From: Thermoplasmata archaeon
Lineage (GTDB): Archaea > Thermoplasmatota > SW-10-69-26 > JACQPN01 > JAJPHT01
Assembly (NCBI GenBank): GCA_034667685.1
Contig: JAXDQU010000023.1
Coordinates: 1-35,339, forward strand
Length of the DNA stretch: 35,339 bases
Direction of reading: 5' to 3'
Below the pieces are notes generated by a model that did not search any database, was not told the origin of the DNA, and saw only the letters and a list, made by a program, of their open reading frames with translations. This document shows, in pieces, positions 25,833-34,008 of the stretch. The first letter of the stretch is position 1. Each line of letters starts with the position of its first letter. The position numbers and the translations under genes were made by a program.

Positions 25833-27293
25833 TCAGCCCACGAGCCGAATGAGCGGCGGCACCACGATGGGCAGCAGGATCAGCGCGAGGATGAAGAGGC
25901 CGATGCCGGTCGTCGTGCGGCGCACCTGCCGCTGCACGAGGTCGAGCTTGGCCTGCGTCTCCTCGTCCTTGCCCTTGACCTTGAGCACGCCCATCTCCTC
26001 GCGCTCCACGCTCAGGCGCGCCTTGTCGACGCCCGCGCGGCGCATGAGGCGGTCCGAGAGCGTGGCGCGGAACATCTGGCCGCCGTCCAGCGGACCCGCG
26101 GGCAGCGCGTTGAACGTGCCGAGCATGAGGTTGATCCACACGATCCAGTAGAGCAGCGTGGCGATGCCGAAGAACACCGGCGCGCCCAGCGCGGCCAACG
26201 GCCCGTGGATGGTGTAGAGCGCGTTGAACGGCGGCGCCATGAGGTCGATGCCGCTGCCGAAGACGAAGAACGGATAGCCCACGTAGAAGCCGAACGCCAG
26301 GAGGCTGCCGAAGGGGTGACGGAGCCAGTCGGCGCGCTGCGCGAGCGTGCCCACGTCGATGCCCGCCACGCCGAGGAATCCCTTGCCCTTGTTGTCGGGC
26401 GTGTTGGCCGAGGGCTGCGCCTTCTGCACGTAGTCATACTTGTCCGTGAGGATCGGCGTCGCGCTGAGCGCCTTCCCGTCGCGCAGGAACGCGACCTGGA
26501 TGGCCTGGCCCGCGTGCGTGCCGTTCATCACCGTCGTGTAGTCGTCGCGCGTGGTGATATCAACGCCGTTGACCTTGGTCAGGACGTCGCCCGGACGCAG
26601 CCCCGCGGCCTCCGCGCCGCTGCCGGGCTCGACGCTGCCCACGACCACGCCGTGGCCGTCGTTGACGAACGTGAGCGAGCCCAGGAACGCGAACGCGAGC
26701 AGCGAGCCCGCGACGAGCGCGAGGACGAGGTTGCTCGTGGGCCCCGCGGCGAACACGCGGTTCTTCTCGCGGGTCGTGGCGCGCAGCAGGTCCTCCTCGT
26801 CGGGCTCCACGAACGCGCCCACCGGGATGACCAGCACGAGCAGGCCCAGCGCCTTGACGCGCATGCGGCCCACGTACGCCATGACGCCGTGGCTCCCCTC
26901 GTGGATCACGAGCGCGACGAGCAGCGCCACGAGGCCGTAGCCCACCGGGATGAGCGGGTTGACGCCCGGGATGCCCAGCAGGAACTCGGGCGCCGGCGCG
27001 TTGGCGGCGGCCTGGCGCGGCGCGCTCACGTACTGCCACAGGCTCGCCACGAGCAGCACGAAGACGAGCACGCCCACGATCCACGTCACGACGATGCCCA
27101 CGTCGGCGACGATCTCCCAGAAGCGGCGCGGCGTCGCGACCTTCTGGATCGCCTTCTTGCCGAACTGCGTGCGCCAGAATAGGAACGGCCCATTGAGCTC
27201 GAAGCCCCCCTTGAGCGGGCCGCGCGTGCGCAGGAACAGCACGAGCAGCGCGTACGCCACGACGAGGCCGAGGAAGACGAGCCAGCCGTTCAT
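25833..27293 (-). CDS. Site-2 protease (M50) with PDZ domain
   Basis: HEGSH (HExxH), GAFVEP, AGPTSN, PDZ (AGLRPGDVL), FNALPAGPLDGG. Confidence 0.94.
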   Translation of the reverse strand: MNGWLVFLGLVVAYALLVLFLRTRGPLKGGFELNGPFLFWRTQFGKKAIQKVATPRRFWEIVADVGIVVTWIVGVLVFVLLVASLWQYVSAPRQAAANAPAPEFLLGIPGVNPLIPVGYGLVALLVALVIHEGSHGVMAYVGRMRVKALGLLVLVIPVGAFVEPDEEDLLRATTREKNRVFAAGPTSNLVLALVAGSLLAFAFLGSLTFVNDGHGVVVGSVEPGSGAEAAGLRPGDVLTKVNGVDITTRDDYTTVMNGTHAGQAIQVAFLRDGKALSATPILTDKYDYVQKAQPSANTPDNKGKGFLGVAGIDVGTLAQRADWLRHPFGSLLAFGFYVGYPFFVFGSGIDLMAPPFNALYTIHGPLAALGAPVFFGIATLLYWIVWINLMLGTFNALPAGPLDGGQMFRATLSDRLMRRAGVDKARLSVEREEMGVLKVKGKDEETQAKLDLVQRQVRRTTTGIGLFILALILLPIVVPPLIRLVG

Positions 27294-27344
27294 GGACGGC
27301 GAGGACTCGGCCCCTCTTCATTTAAGGGTTGCCGGATCGGACGG

Positions 27345-27986
27345 TCAGAGCCCGACGACGCGCAGCCCTTCGAGCCCGCGCCGCACCAGGTCCTCGATCT
27401 CGACACGCCCCTCCTCCTTCTGCACGCGCTCGTAGGCCGCGCCGGTGCTCGGGTTGGAGGGGCCCAGCACGTCGCACAGCTCGGGGCCCTTGCTGATCTC
27501 GTACGTCCCCCAGCCGCGCGCCAGGTCGATGATGTCCACCTTGTCGTAGGCGAGCAGCGGGCGCAGCACGGGCAGGGGCGCGGCGCGGTCGATGCTCGCC
27601 AGGTTGGTCAACGTCTGGCTGCTCACCTGGCCGAGGTTCTCGCCCGTGGCGATCGCCACGCAGCCAAGCTGGGGCGCCAACGCGCCGGCGATGCGCGCCA
27701 TGAGGCGTTTCGATAGCACGAAGTAGAGCCGGTCGTCCGCGCGCTTCACCAGCTCGCCGAAGAGCGGCCCCGCGGGGACCACGTGCAGGCGCGCCAGGCC
27801 CAGCGCCTTGGCGAGCGCCTTCGCCTTCTCCTCGCCGCCCGCGTCGGTGAACGGCTCCAGCGAGAAGTGCACGGCCTCCAGCTCCACGCCCTGCTCCTGG
27901 AGGAGCTTGCCCGCGACGGGCGAGTCGATGCCGCCGCTCAGGAGCAGGAGCGCCTTGGCCTTCAGGGGCGGCGCGAGGAGGGTCAC
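27345..27986 (-). CDS. thiI: ThiI-like PP-loop sulfurtransferase, catalytic domain only
   Basis: LLSGGIDSPVA, TGENLGQVSSQTL, RPL..DK..I; 213 aa with no N-terminal NFLD/THUMP; own TTTATC box ~25 nt upstream. Confidence 0.85.
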   Translation of the reverse strand: MTLLAPPLKAKALLLLSGGIDSPVAGKLLQEQGVELEAVHFSLEPFTDAGGEEKAKALAKALGLARLHVVPAGPLFGELVKRADDRLYFVLSKRLMARIAGALAPQLGCVAIATGENLGQVSSQTLTNLASIDRAAPLPVLRPLLAYDKVDIIDLARGWGTYEISKGPELCDVLGPSNPSTGAAYERVQKEEGRVEIEDLVRRGLEGLRVVGL

Positions 27987-28027
27987 GCGGCGCGCTGAGG
28001 CGTCCGCCACGATAAAGCTGCGCGCGG

Positions 28028-29278
28028 CTACGCGAGGGCCCTCGGCGCCAGGAGCGTGGGGATCGTGGGCTCCGAGACGCGCAGCAGCGCGTGCCCGATA
28101 CCGGCGATGCCCGTCAGGAGCGAGAGGCTGGGGTGGTAGAAGACGCCCGTGGGCCATCCGGAGAGCCCGGCCACGTCCGCGTCCTGTCCTGCGAAGCGCT
28201 CCACCTGCTCGTCCACCCAGCGGCGCACGGCGGCCAGCGCGCGCTCGTCGCCCAGGTCGCGCGCCATCTCGAAGGCACAGTCGGCCAGGCCCAGCCCGCC
28301 GTGGCAGAGCGTGAGGTCGGAGCCGGGCGCGTCGCCGAAGCGCTGGAGCGCGTCGAGCGTGGTGCGCAGCGCGACGCGCACCTCGGCCTGCGTCCTGGCG
28401 TCGCGGACCGACATGCGCGCGCGGGCGAGGCCGATGCCGGGCGCGCCGTGGCACCAGGCCGTGGCGCAGATCCGCCGCGCGCCGGGGCGCAGGGCTCGCA
28501 GGTCGCGCCAGTTCTGCTGCTCCTCGTCGAAGTGCTCGCGCTCGTAGGCCACCGCGGCGCGCGCCGTCTCCTCGTAACGCGCCTCGCCGGTGAGGCGGCC
28601 GAGCTGGTCGAGCGCGAGCGCGATCCCGGCGTTGCCGTGGCTCAGCCCCGTGAGGTGCATGAGGTTGTCCCCGCCGCCGTTGGACCACGAGGCCGTCTCG
28701 CCGCGCACGCGCGCGTCCGCCACGAGCGCGTCGCCCACCTCGCCGGCCAGGCGCGCCGAGCCTTCGTGGCCGCGGTGCGCGAGGTCGGTGAGCGCGAGCA
28801 GCGTCCCGGCGCGGCCGGTGATGAGGTCGTCGCGCTCCCACGGGACGGATTTCGATCGCACCTCGTCGAGCAGGCCGATGGCGTTGCGCCGCAGGTCGGC
28901 CGCGCCGTGCGCGTCGGCGATGCGGTGGGCCGCCCAGCAGGTTCCGACGTTCCCGGCGTAGAATCCCCAATGCAGCATGGCGTTCCCGGCGCGCACGCGG
29001 GCGCGGGCCACGCGCAGGGCGTAGGTCGCGGCGGCGATGGCCGTGCGCTCCGCGTCGGGGTCGCGCAGGGCGATCGCGACGTCCGAGAGGAAGAGCGCGA
29101 CGCCGGCGGCGCCGTCGTAGATCCAGGGGCCCAGGGCCCGGCTGGAGGCGAAGGGGAGGCTCGACGTGCCCACCTCGGGGACGACGGGGCCGACCCACGT
29201 GCACTCGCCGCGCGCCCAGATGGCGGAGCCCACGAGGAGCCCGGCCAGGTGCGCGACCTCGTCGCGGGCGCCCGTCAT
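28028..29278 (-). CDS. Stand-alone lanthionine cyclase (LanC-like)
   Basis: YDGAAG, DLITGRAG, GLSHGNAG (catalytic His), NWRDLR, AWCHGAPG and LCHG (Zn ligands), LLTGIAGIG..LLR; ATGA overlap with the upstream gene. Confidence 0.92.
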   Translation of the reverse strand: MTGARDEVAHLAGLLVGSAIWARGECTWVGPVVPEVGTSSLPFASSRALGPWIYDGAAGVALFLSDVAIALRDPDAERTAIAAATYALRVARARVRAGNAMLHWGFYAGNVGTCWAAHRIADAHGAADLRRNAIGLLDEVRSKSVPWERDDLITGRAGTLLALTDLAHRGHEGSARLAGEVGDALVADARVRGETASWSNGGGDNLMHLTGLSHGNAGIALALDQLGRLTGEARYEETARAAVAYEREHFDEEQQNWRDLRALRPGARRICATAWCHGAPGIGLARARMSVRDARTQAEVRVALRTTLDALQRFGDAPGSDLTLCHGGLGLADCAFEMARDLGDERALAAVRRWVDEQVERFAGQDADVAGLSGWPTGVFYHPSLSLLTGIAGIGHALLRVSEPTIPTLLAPRALA

Positions 29279-30204
29279 GGCGCGCCCTCCTGGAACGGGT
29301 CAGGGCCCTGCGAGTCGCACAGGTAGGGCGCCTCGATGGACAGGTTGGCGGCGGCGAAGCTCGCGGCGAGGGCGGCGGGCAGATCCTCGCCCGTGGCGCG
29401 GGCGCGGTCGATGCCGGCGGCGAGCGCGCGGCACGTGACGATGCCGAAGCTCTCGTGGCTGCGCGGGCTGAGCGCGAGCCCCGTGCCGTGCGCCAGCGGG
29501 AAGGTGAAGAGCGGCTGCCAGGGGCGCAGGTGGCGCCGAACGTCGCGCGAGGCCGCGAGGATCGCCTCCCGCGCGGGCTTCCAGCTGCTCCTCGGGACGT
29601 ACACGACCACGGCGTCGGCGCGCGTGTACGCGACGGGATCGGAGAGGCATTTCATCGTGAACTCGGCCCCCGCGTTGCGCAGCGCGCCCCACGTGGCGCG
29701 CACGACGTCGGTCACGCCCTGCGCCGAGGCGTTCAGGTAGACGCGGACCACGCCTTCCCCCGGGCGCGGGCCCCCGTCGCTGCCGAAGAGGAAGAACCAG
29801 CCCGGCGAGACGCCGGCCGTGAGCGCGCGGCGGCGCACGAGCACCGCGTCGCCTTCGCGGCGGATCTCGTCGGGCGCGGGGCGCAGCACCTCGCCGTTCA
29901 CGAGGAACGCGTGGCCGCCGCGGCCGGGGAGCGGGAATCCGGGCTGCCAGCTCGCGCTCTGGTCGAACTCCGCCTTCAGGCGAAGGAAGAGGCGCTCGTT
30001 GGCCAGCGGGTCCCGCGCGGTGGGCGCGCCGGGGATCGTCTGGAACGCGGTGCAGTACGCGCGCCGGTAGAGGTGATCCGCGAGCCGCTCCGCGAAGGGG
30101 CGGGGGTCGTCGGGGGCCGCGTGGGGGACGGGCGCCTCGGCGATGGCCACGTGGTCGTCCTGGAGCGCGACGACGCGCAGCAGCGAGGAGATCGAGGCGT
30201 GCAT
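29275..30204 (-). CDS. HopA1-like phospho-Ser/Thr lyase (LanY-like)
   Basis: RVYLN, F.MKCL.DP..Y.RADAVVVY, PLFT.PLA.G.G.A..P...ESFG...C motifs; context between kinase and cyclase. Confidence 0.82.
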   Translation of the reverse strand: MHASISSLLRVVALQDDHVAIAEAPVPHAAPDDPRPFAERLADHLYRRAYCTAFQTIPGAPTARDPLANERLFLRLKAEFDQSASWQPGFPLPGRGGHAFLVNGEVLRPAPDEIRREGDAVLVRRRALTAGVSPGWFFLFGSDGGPRPGEGVVRVYLNASAQGVTDVVRATWGALRNAGAEFTMKCLSDPVAYTRADAVVVYVPRSSWKPAREAILAASRDVRRHLRPWQPLFTFPLAHGTGLALSPRSHESFGIVTCRALAAGIDRARATGEDLPAALAASFAAANLSIEAPYLCDSQGPDPFQEGAP

Positions 30205-30207
30205 GGG

Positions 30208-31335
30208 TCACTCCAGCGCGACGCCGAGCGCGCCGCGCATCCAGGCCGCGGGGTCGCGCACGGCGTCGCGGCACCACGCCAGCGCGACCTCGCCCATGAG
30301 GTTCGTCCGCTCGCCGGGGCGCATCATGCGGATGGAGGACTGCTCCCAGGCGATCATCGCGAGGATCGTGGGGACGTAGCGCGCGGCGCGGCGCTCGTGC
30401 TCGCGGCGCTGGGCGGGCGTGAGCCCGCGCGCGGCCGCGTACGCGTCGAGGAAGGCGCGGGCATTCTCCGCGGGACGGATCGCGCGCAGCGTCTCGTGGA
30501 CGTCCTGGGCGGCGACGAGGTTGCGCGCGCCGGCCACGACGAGGGAGAACCGCGCGTACTCCGCGAGGTAACAGGCCACGTCGTAGGCCTGGTCGCCCAC
30601 GAGGGCCAGCTCCCAGTCGATGAGGCGCGTCGCGAACTCGCGCTCGTCGTCGGCGGGCGTCACGAGGACGTTGTCCCAGCGGATGTCGCCGTGCACAAGG
30701 TCGTCGCGCTCCTGCCAGAGCGACGTGAGGGCCGGCAGGAGGGCGAGGACGCCCGTCTCCTCCAGCGCGTCGAGGAACTCGTGCGTCACCTCGCGCGAGC
30801 TCACCCCGGCTTCGAGCGCGGCGGTCATCATGCGCAGCGCGAGGGGACGCTCGGCTGCGGGGTCGGGGCGCGGGGCGGAGGCGGCGACCGGGCCGCGCGC
30901 GCCGTGGAGGTCGCCCAGCAGGGCGCCGGTGATGAGCCCCGCCGACGCGGAGAACTGGACATCGCCCAGGTTCAGGTGGTACTTGGTGAGCGTGGTCGCG
31001 GGGTGGATCAGCCGCGTGACGATGACGCGCTGCTCGGGGTCGAAGTCCACGAGCGCGGGCAGGCTGGGCCAAGCGCGCGCGAAGCGATGGTCCTGCTCGA
31101 GCGACCGGAGGATCATGGCCTCGCGGGCGGTGGCGTCCCCCTCCGCCGACTTGGCCTGCTTGACCAGGAGGCCGGTCCCGTCGCCGAACGTGATGCGCAG
31201 GTTGCGGTTGCGGCGCGAGCGGTCCTCGACCTCGAGGTCCGGCGCGTCCAGGACCTCCATGCCACCCAGGACGCCGCGCGCCATGAGGTAGGGGATGACG
31301 TTGGCTGCGTGCAGCTCGAATGCCGGCTTGGGCAC
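30208..31335 (-). CDS. APH/phosphotransferase-family Ser/Thr kinase (LanK-like)
   Basis: L...NV.PYL N-terminus, SRRNRN, LLVKQ (ATP Lys), LVHGDIRWDNVL, LIDWE...GD.AYD; GTG start 8 nt after GGAGG. Confidence 0.88.
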   Translation of the reverse strand: MPKPAFELHAANVIPYLMARGVLGGMEVLDAPDLEVEDRSRRNRNLRITFGDGTGLLVKQAKSAEGDATAREAMILRSLEQDHRFARAWPSLPALVDFDPEQRVIVTRLIHPATTLTKYHLNLGDVQFSASAGLITGALLGDLHGARGPVAASAPRPDPAAERPLALRMMTAALEAGVSSREVTHEFLDALEETGVLALLPALTSLWQERDDLVHGDIRWDNVLVTPADDEREFATRLIDWELALVGDQAYDVACYLAEYARFSLVVAGARNLVAAQDVHETLRAIRPAENARAFLDAYAAARGLTPAQRREHERRAARYVPTILAMIAWEQSSIRMMRPGERTNLMGEVALAWCRDAVRDPAAWMRGALGVALE

Positions 31336-31405
31336 GGCTCTGCCTCCTCGCGGCGGTGCCAAGGGCCCAACCCGTCGAGAACCTTTGCATGGCTGGGACG
31401 ACCGT

Positions 31406-31435
31406 AGAAAGAGAAGAGGGCCCCGCCGCGCGGGG
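31406..31435 (-). terminator. Hairpin plus pyrimidine tract downstream of the precursor gene
   Basis: CCCCGC-3nt-GCGGGG (31421-31435) followed on the minus strand by CCCTCTTCTCTTTCT. Confidence 0.5.
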
Positions 31436-31447
31436 TGGACGGACGGA

Positions 31448-31645
31448 TCAGCAGAAGAAGATCGTGCAGGTGCACGACTGGCCCGTGCCGCTGATGGGCG
31501 GCGGACAGATGCCCGTCCCCTGCGAGCACTGGTGGGTGGGGCACGTGGGGGAGACCGCCTCGGCGGGGCGCGACGCGCGGCCGAAGACGGCGGTAGGGCT
31601 GGTCTTGTCCATCGTCAGAATCTGGTTCGCACTGAGCTTCGTCAT
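31448..31645 (-). CDS. RiPP (lanthipeptide) precursor peptide, 65 aa
   Basis: MTKLSANQILTMDKTSPTAVFGRASRPAEAVSPTCPTHQCSQGTGICPPPISGTGQSCTCTIFFC; GGAGG (31655-31659) 9 nt before the ATG; Cys-free N-half, and 6 Cys + 10 Ser/Thr in residues 31-65; first gene of the modification operon. Confidence 0.87.
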   Translation of the reverse strand: MTKLSANQILTMDKTSPTAVFGRASRPAEAVSPTCPTHQCSQGTGICPPPISGTGQSCTCTIFFC

Positions 31646-31762
31646 GGTCTGAAGCCTCCATTCATGGTGTCGGCCGCGGAGCGGCCGCGCTTGCCGCGAA
31701 GCGCAGGGTCGAGCATGTAACTTGCGGCGCGCGGGGGGCGCGTCCGTGCGGGCCAAGCCATT

Positions 31763-32839
31763 ATGAGGACTCGCGAGGGTGACCTTTCGCGAGGAGGCAC
31801 GAGGCTGGCGTCCCACGACGACGTCGTCATCCGCGCGGAGGACCTCTCCTTCCGCTATCGCAGCGCGCGCCCCGAGGCGCCGCCCGCGCTCGAGGACATC
31901 TCCTTCCACGTGCGGCGGGGCGAGGTCTTCGGCATCCTCGGCCCCAACGGCGCCGGCAAGACGACGCTCATCAAGATGATCAGCACCATCCTCCTCCCGC
32001 AGGCGGGACGCCTGGACGTGCTGGGGCACGCGCTCCCCGCGGGCGAGCAGCAGGTGCGGCTGAGGCTGGGCGTGTGCCTCGCGGAGTCGGAGCGCGCCTT
32101 CGCGTGGCGCCTGACGGGCCGGCAGAACCTGGCGTACGCCGCGGCGTTCTTCCGCCTGGACCGGCGCGAGGCGGAGCGGCGCATCGACGAGCTGCTCGCG
32201 ATGCTCGGGCTGCGCGAGCACGCCGACAAGCTCTTCCAGGAGTACTCGACGGGCCTGAAGCACCGCCTGGCCCTGGCGCGCGCGCTCCTGCCGCGCCCCG
32301 ACCTCCTCGTCCTCGACGAGCCCACCGCGGGCCTCGACGTCCGCAGCAGCCACGAGCTGGCCGAGACGCTGCGCCGGCTCGCCGCGGGCGGCGTCACCAT
32401 CGTCTACACCACGCACCGGCTCGAGGAGGCCGCCGCGCTCTGCGACCGCGTCCTCGTGGTGCGGGAAGGACGCCTGGCGGCGGTCGCGGCGCCCACCGAG
32501 CTGGCGCGCCTCGTCCAGCAGGCCCGCGTCGTGGAGGTCGCGCTGGAGGGCGTGGTCCCCGCGTCCTACGCCGAGCTTCCGGGGCGCGGCACCGTGTCGC
32601 GCGCGGAGCTGACGGGCCGCTCCTCGCTGCGCCTCCAGTGCGGCGACGTCGACGCGGCGCTGGGCGAGGTCCTGGCGTGGGCGCGCGCCGAGCGCGTCGG
32701 GATCGCTTCCGTCGCCTCCACGGGCCCCACGCTGGTCGACGCGTTCGTCGCCATCACCGAGGGGCGCCTCCAGACCCTTCCCGCCGGGCCGCCCGCGCGC
32801 CCCCGCGTCGAGTTCACCCTCGTGGAGGCGCGCCGGTGA
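31763..32839 (+). CDS. ABC-2 type exporter ATP-binding subunit
   Basis: GPNGAGKTT, YSTG signature variant, LVLDEPTAGLD, TTH; the start may instead be CTG 31805 after GGAGG. Confidence 0.93.
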   Translation: MRTREGDLSRGGTRLASHDDVVIRAEDLSFRYRSARPEAPPALEDISFHVRRGEVFGILGPNGAGKTTLIKMISTILLPQAGRLDVLGHALPAGEQQVRLRLGVCLAESERAFAWRLTGRQNLAYAAAFFRLDRREAERRIDELLAMLGLREHADKLFQEYSTGLKHRLALARALLPRPDLLVLDEPTAGLDVRSSHELAETLRRLAAGGVTIVYTTHRLEEAAALCDRVLVVREGRLAAVAAPTELARLVQQARVVEVALEGVVPASYAELPGRGTVSRAELTGRSSLRLQCGDVDAALGEVLAWARAERVGIASVASTGPTLVDAFVAITEGRLQTLPAGPPARPRVEFTLVEARR

Positions 32840-33828
32840 AGCCCCGCGCGCCGCAGGCCGCGGGCGCGGCGCTGGCCGCGGCGCTGCTCGTCGTCGCCTT
32901 CCTCCTCCCCGGGGGCGCGCGGCGCTGGCTCGCGCCCCTGGCCGTCATCGCGCTGGGCGCGGGGCTCGTCTACGCCCTCGGCGGGGGGCGGAGCGTCCTG
33001 CGCATCGGGAACGCCATGATGCGGCGCAACTGGCTCACGATGGTGAGCTACCGCATGCAGATCGTGGCCTTCGCCGTGTACGTCGCGCTGGGCCTGGCCC
33101 TGATCTGGCTGGTGGGCAAGCCCGTCCTCGACGCGCTGGTCGGGCCCGCCCAGCTCCTCCACGGCGCGGGGCTTCCGCCCGACGCGGCCTTGCTCCTGAT
33201 CGTGGGCGTGGTCTCGTGGCCGCTCTTCTGGCGCTCCTGTGAGGTCACCGCCAACGGCGTGCGCCAGGAGCAGTGGTCGGGCACCTTCGAGTCCATCGTC
33301 CCGACGCCCGACGGCGTGCGCGCGCTCCCGTTCTGCTATCTCTACAGCAACGTGGGGGTCAGCATCCTTTCGCAGGCCGCGATCCTGGTCCTTCTCGGCT
33401 TCGCGCTCCCCGCGGGCAGCCTCCACCTGGTCGACCCCGCGCTGGCCCTCAACTTCCTCGCGGTGACGTTCGTCTGCATGCTTTGCATGTGGGGGCTCGG
33501 GCTCCTCTTCGGCGGGCTCGCCGTGCTCTACAAGCAGCTCGGCCCCGCGGACGCCGTCGTCAAGCTGCTCTTCATCGCGCTGGCCGGGATCTTCGTCCCG
33601 CTGCAGCTCCTGCCGGGCTGGATGCAGGCGGCGTCCCGCGCGATCCCGGTGACGTACGCGCTGGACCTGCTTCGGGGCATCGCGGTGGACGGACGGGGCA
33701 TCGCGGACCAGCCGGTGGCCTTCGCCATCCTCGTGGGCTTCACCGTGGCCACGGTCGTCGCGGGGAACCTGGCCTATCGCGCGCTCGTGGACCGCGCGCG
33801 GCGGCAGGGCGCGATCCAGGGGTACTGA
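32836..33828 (+). CDS. ABC-2 type exporter permease
   Basis: GTGA overlap with the ATPase stop, GGAGG upstream; EQWSGTFE..P, G.FVP...LPGW.Q..S..IP.TY....R motifs; multiple TM helices. Confidence 0.9.
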   Translation: MKPRAPQAAGAALAAALLVVAFLLPGGARRWLAPLAVIALGAGLVYALGGGRSVLRIGNAMMRRNWLTMVSYRMQIVAFAVYVALGLALIWLVGKPVLDALVGPAQLLHGAGLPPDAALLLIVGVVSWPLFWRSCEVTANGVRQEQWSGTFESIVPTPDGVRALPFCYLYSNVGVSILSQAAILVLLGFALPAGSLHLVDPALALNFLAVTFVCMLCMWGLGLLFGGLAVLYKQLGPADAVVKLLFIALAGIFVPLQLLPGWMQAASRAIPVTYALDLLRGIAVDGRGIADQPVAFAILVGFTVATVVAGNLAYRALVDRARRQGAIQGY

Positions 33829-33835
33829 GCGCTCC

Positions 33836-33961
33836 TCAGCTCTTCTTCGTCCCCTTGATCTGCGTCCAGTCGAAGTATTTCCCGCACTTCTTGCAGCGCC
33901 ACTTGTTCGCGATCACGAAGACGACCGCGCGTTCGCCGCAGGCCGGGCAGGTCTCGACCAC
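33836..33961 (-). CDS. Small zinc-ribbon protein (41 aa)
   Basis: MVETCPACGERAVVFVIANKWRCKKCGKYFDWTQIKGTKKS; GTG start with GGAG upstream. Confidence 0.65.
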   Translation of the reverse strand: MVETCPACGERAVVFVIANKWRCKKCGKYFDWTQIKGTKKS

Positions 33962-34008
33962 GTCTTGCCGCTCCGGGTGGCTTGCACGGCCTCGCCGGGC
34001 ATAAGGCT

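Noticed and set aside
25833-27293. Site-2 protease as the dedicated RiPP leader peptidase
   Set aside because: Typical housekeeping archaeal M50-PDZ protease with its own TTAAAT box, separated from the cluster by thiI; nothing beyond proximity supports a link.
27345-29204. 619-aa ThiI with a long N-terminal extension
   Set aside because: The extension is an alternative frame of the LanC gene and shows no THUMP features; a separate GTG start and TATA-like box exist at 27986/~28012.
33836-33961. Small Cys-containing ORF as a second RiPP precursor or as ribosomal eL43
   Set aside because: Cys residues form a CxxC..CxxC zinc ribbon with few Ser/Thr and no leader; too short and lacking the basic N-terminus of eL43.
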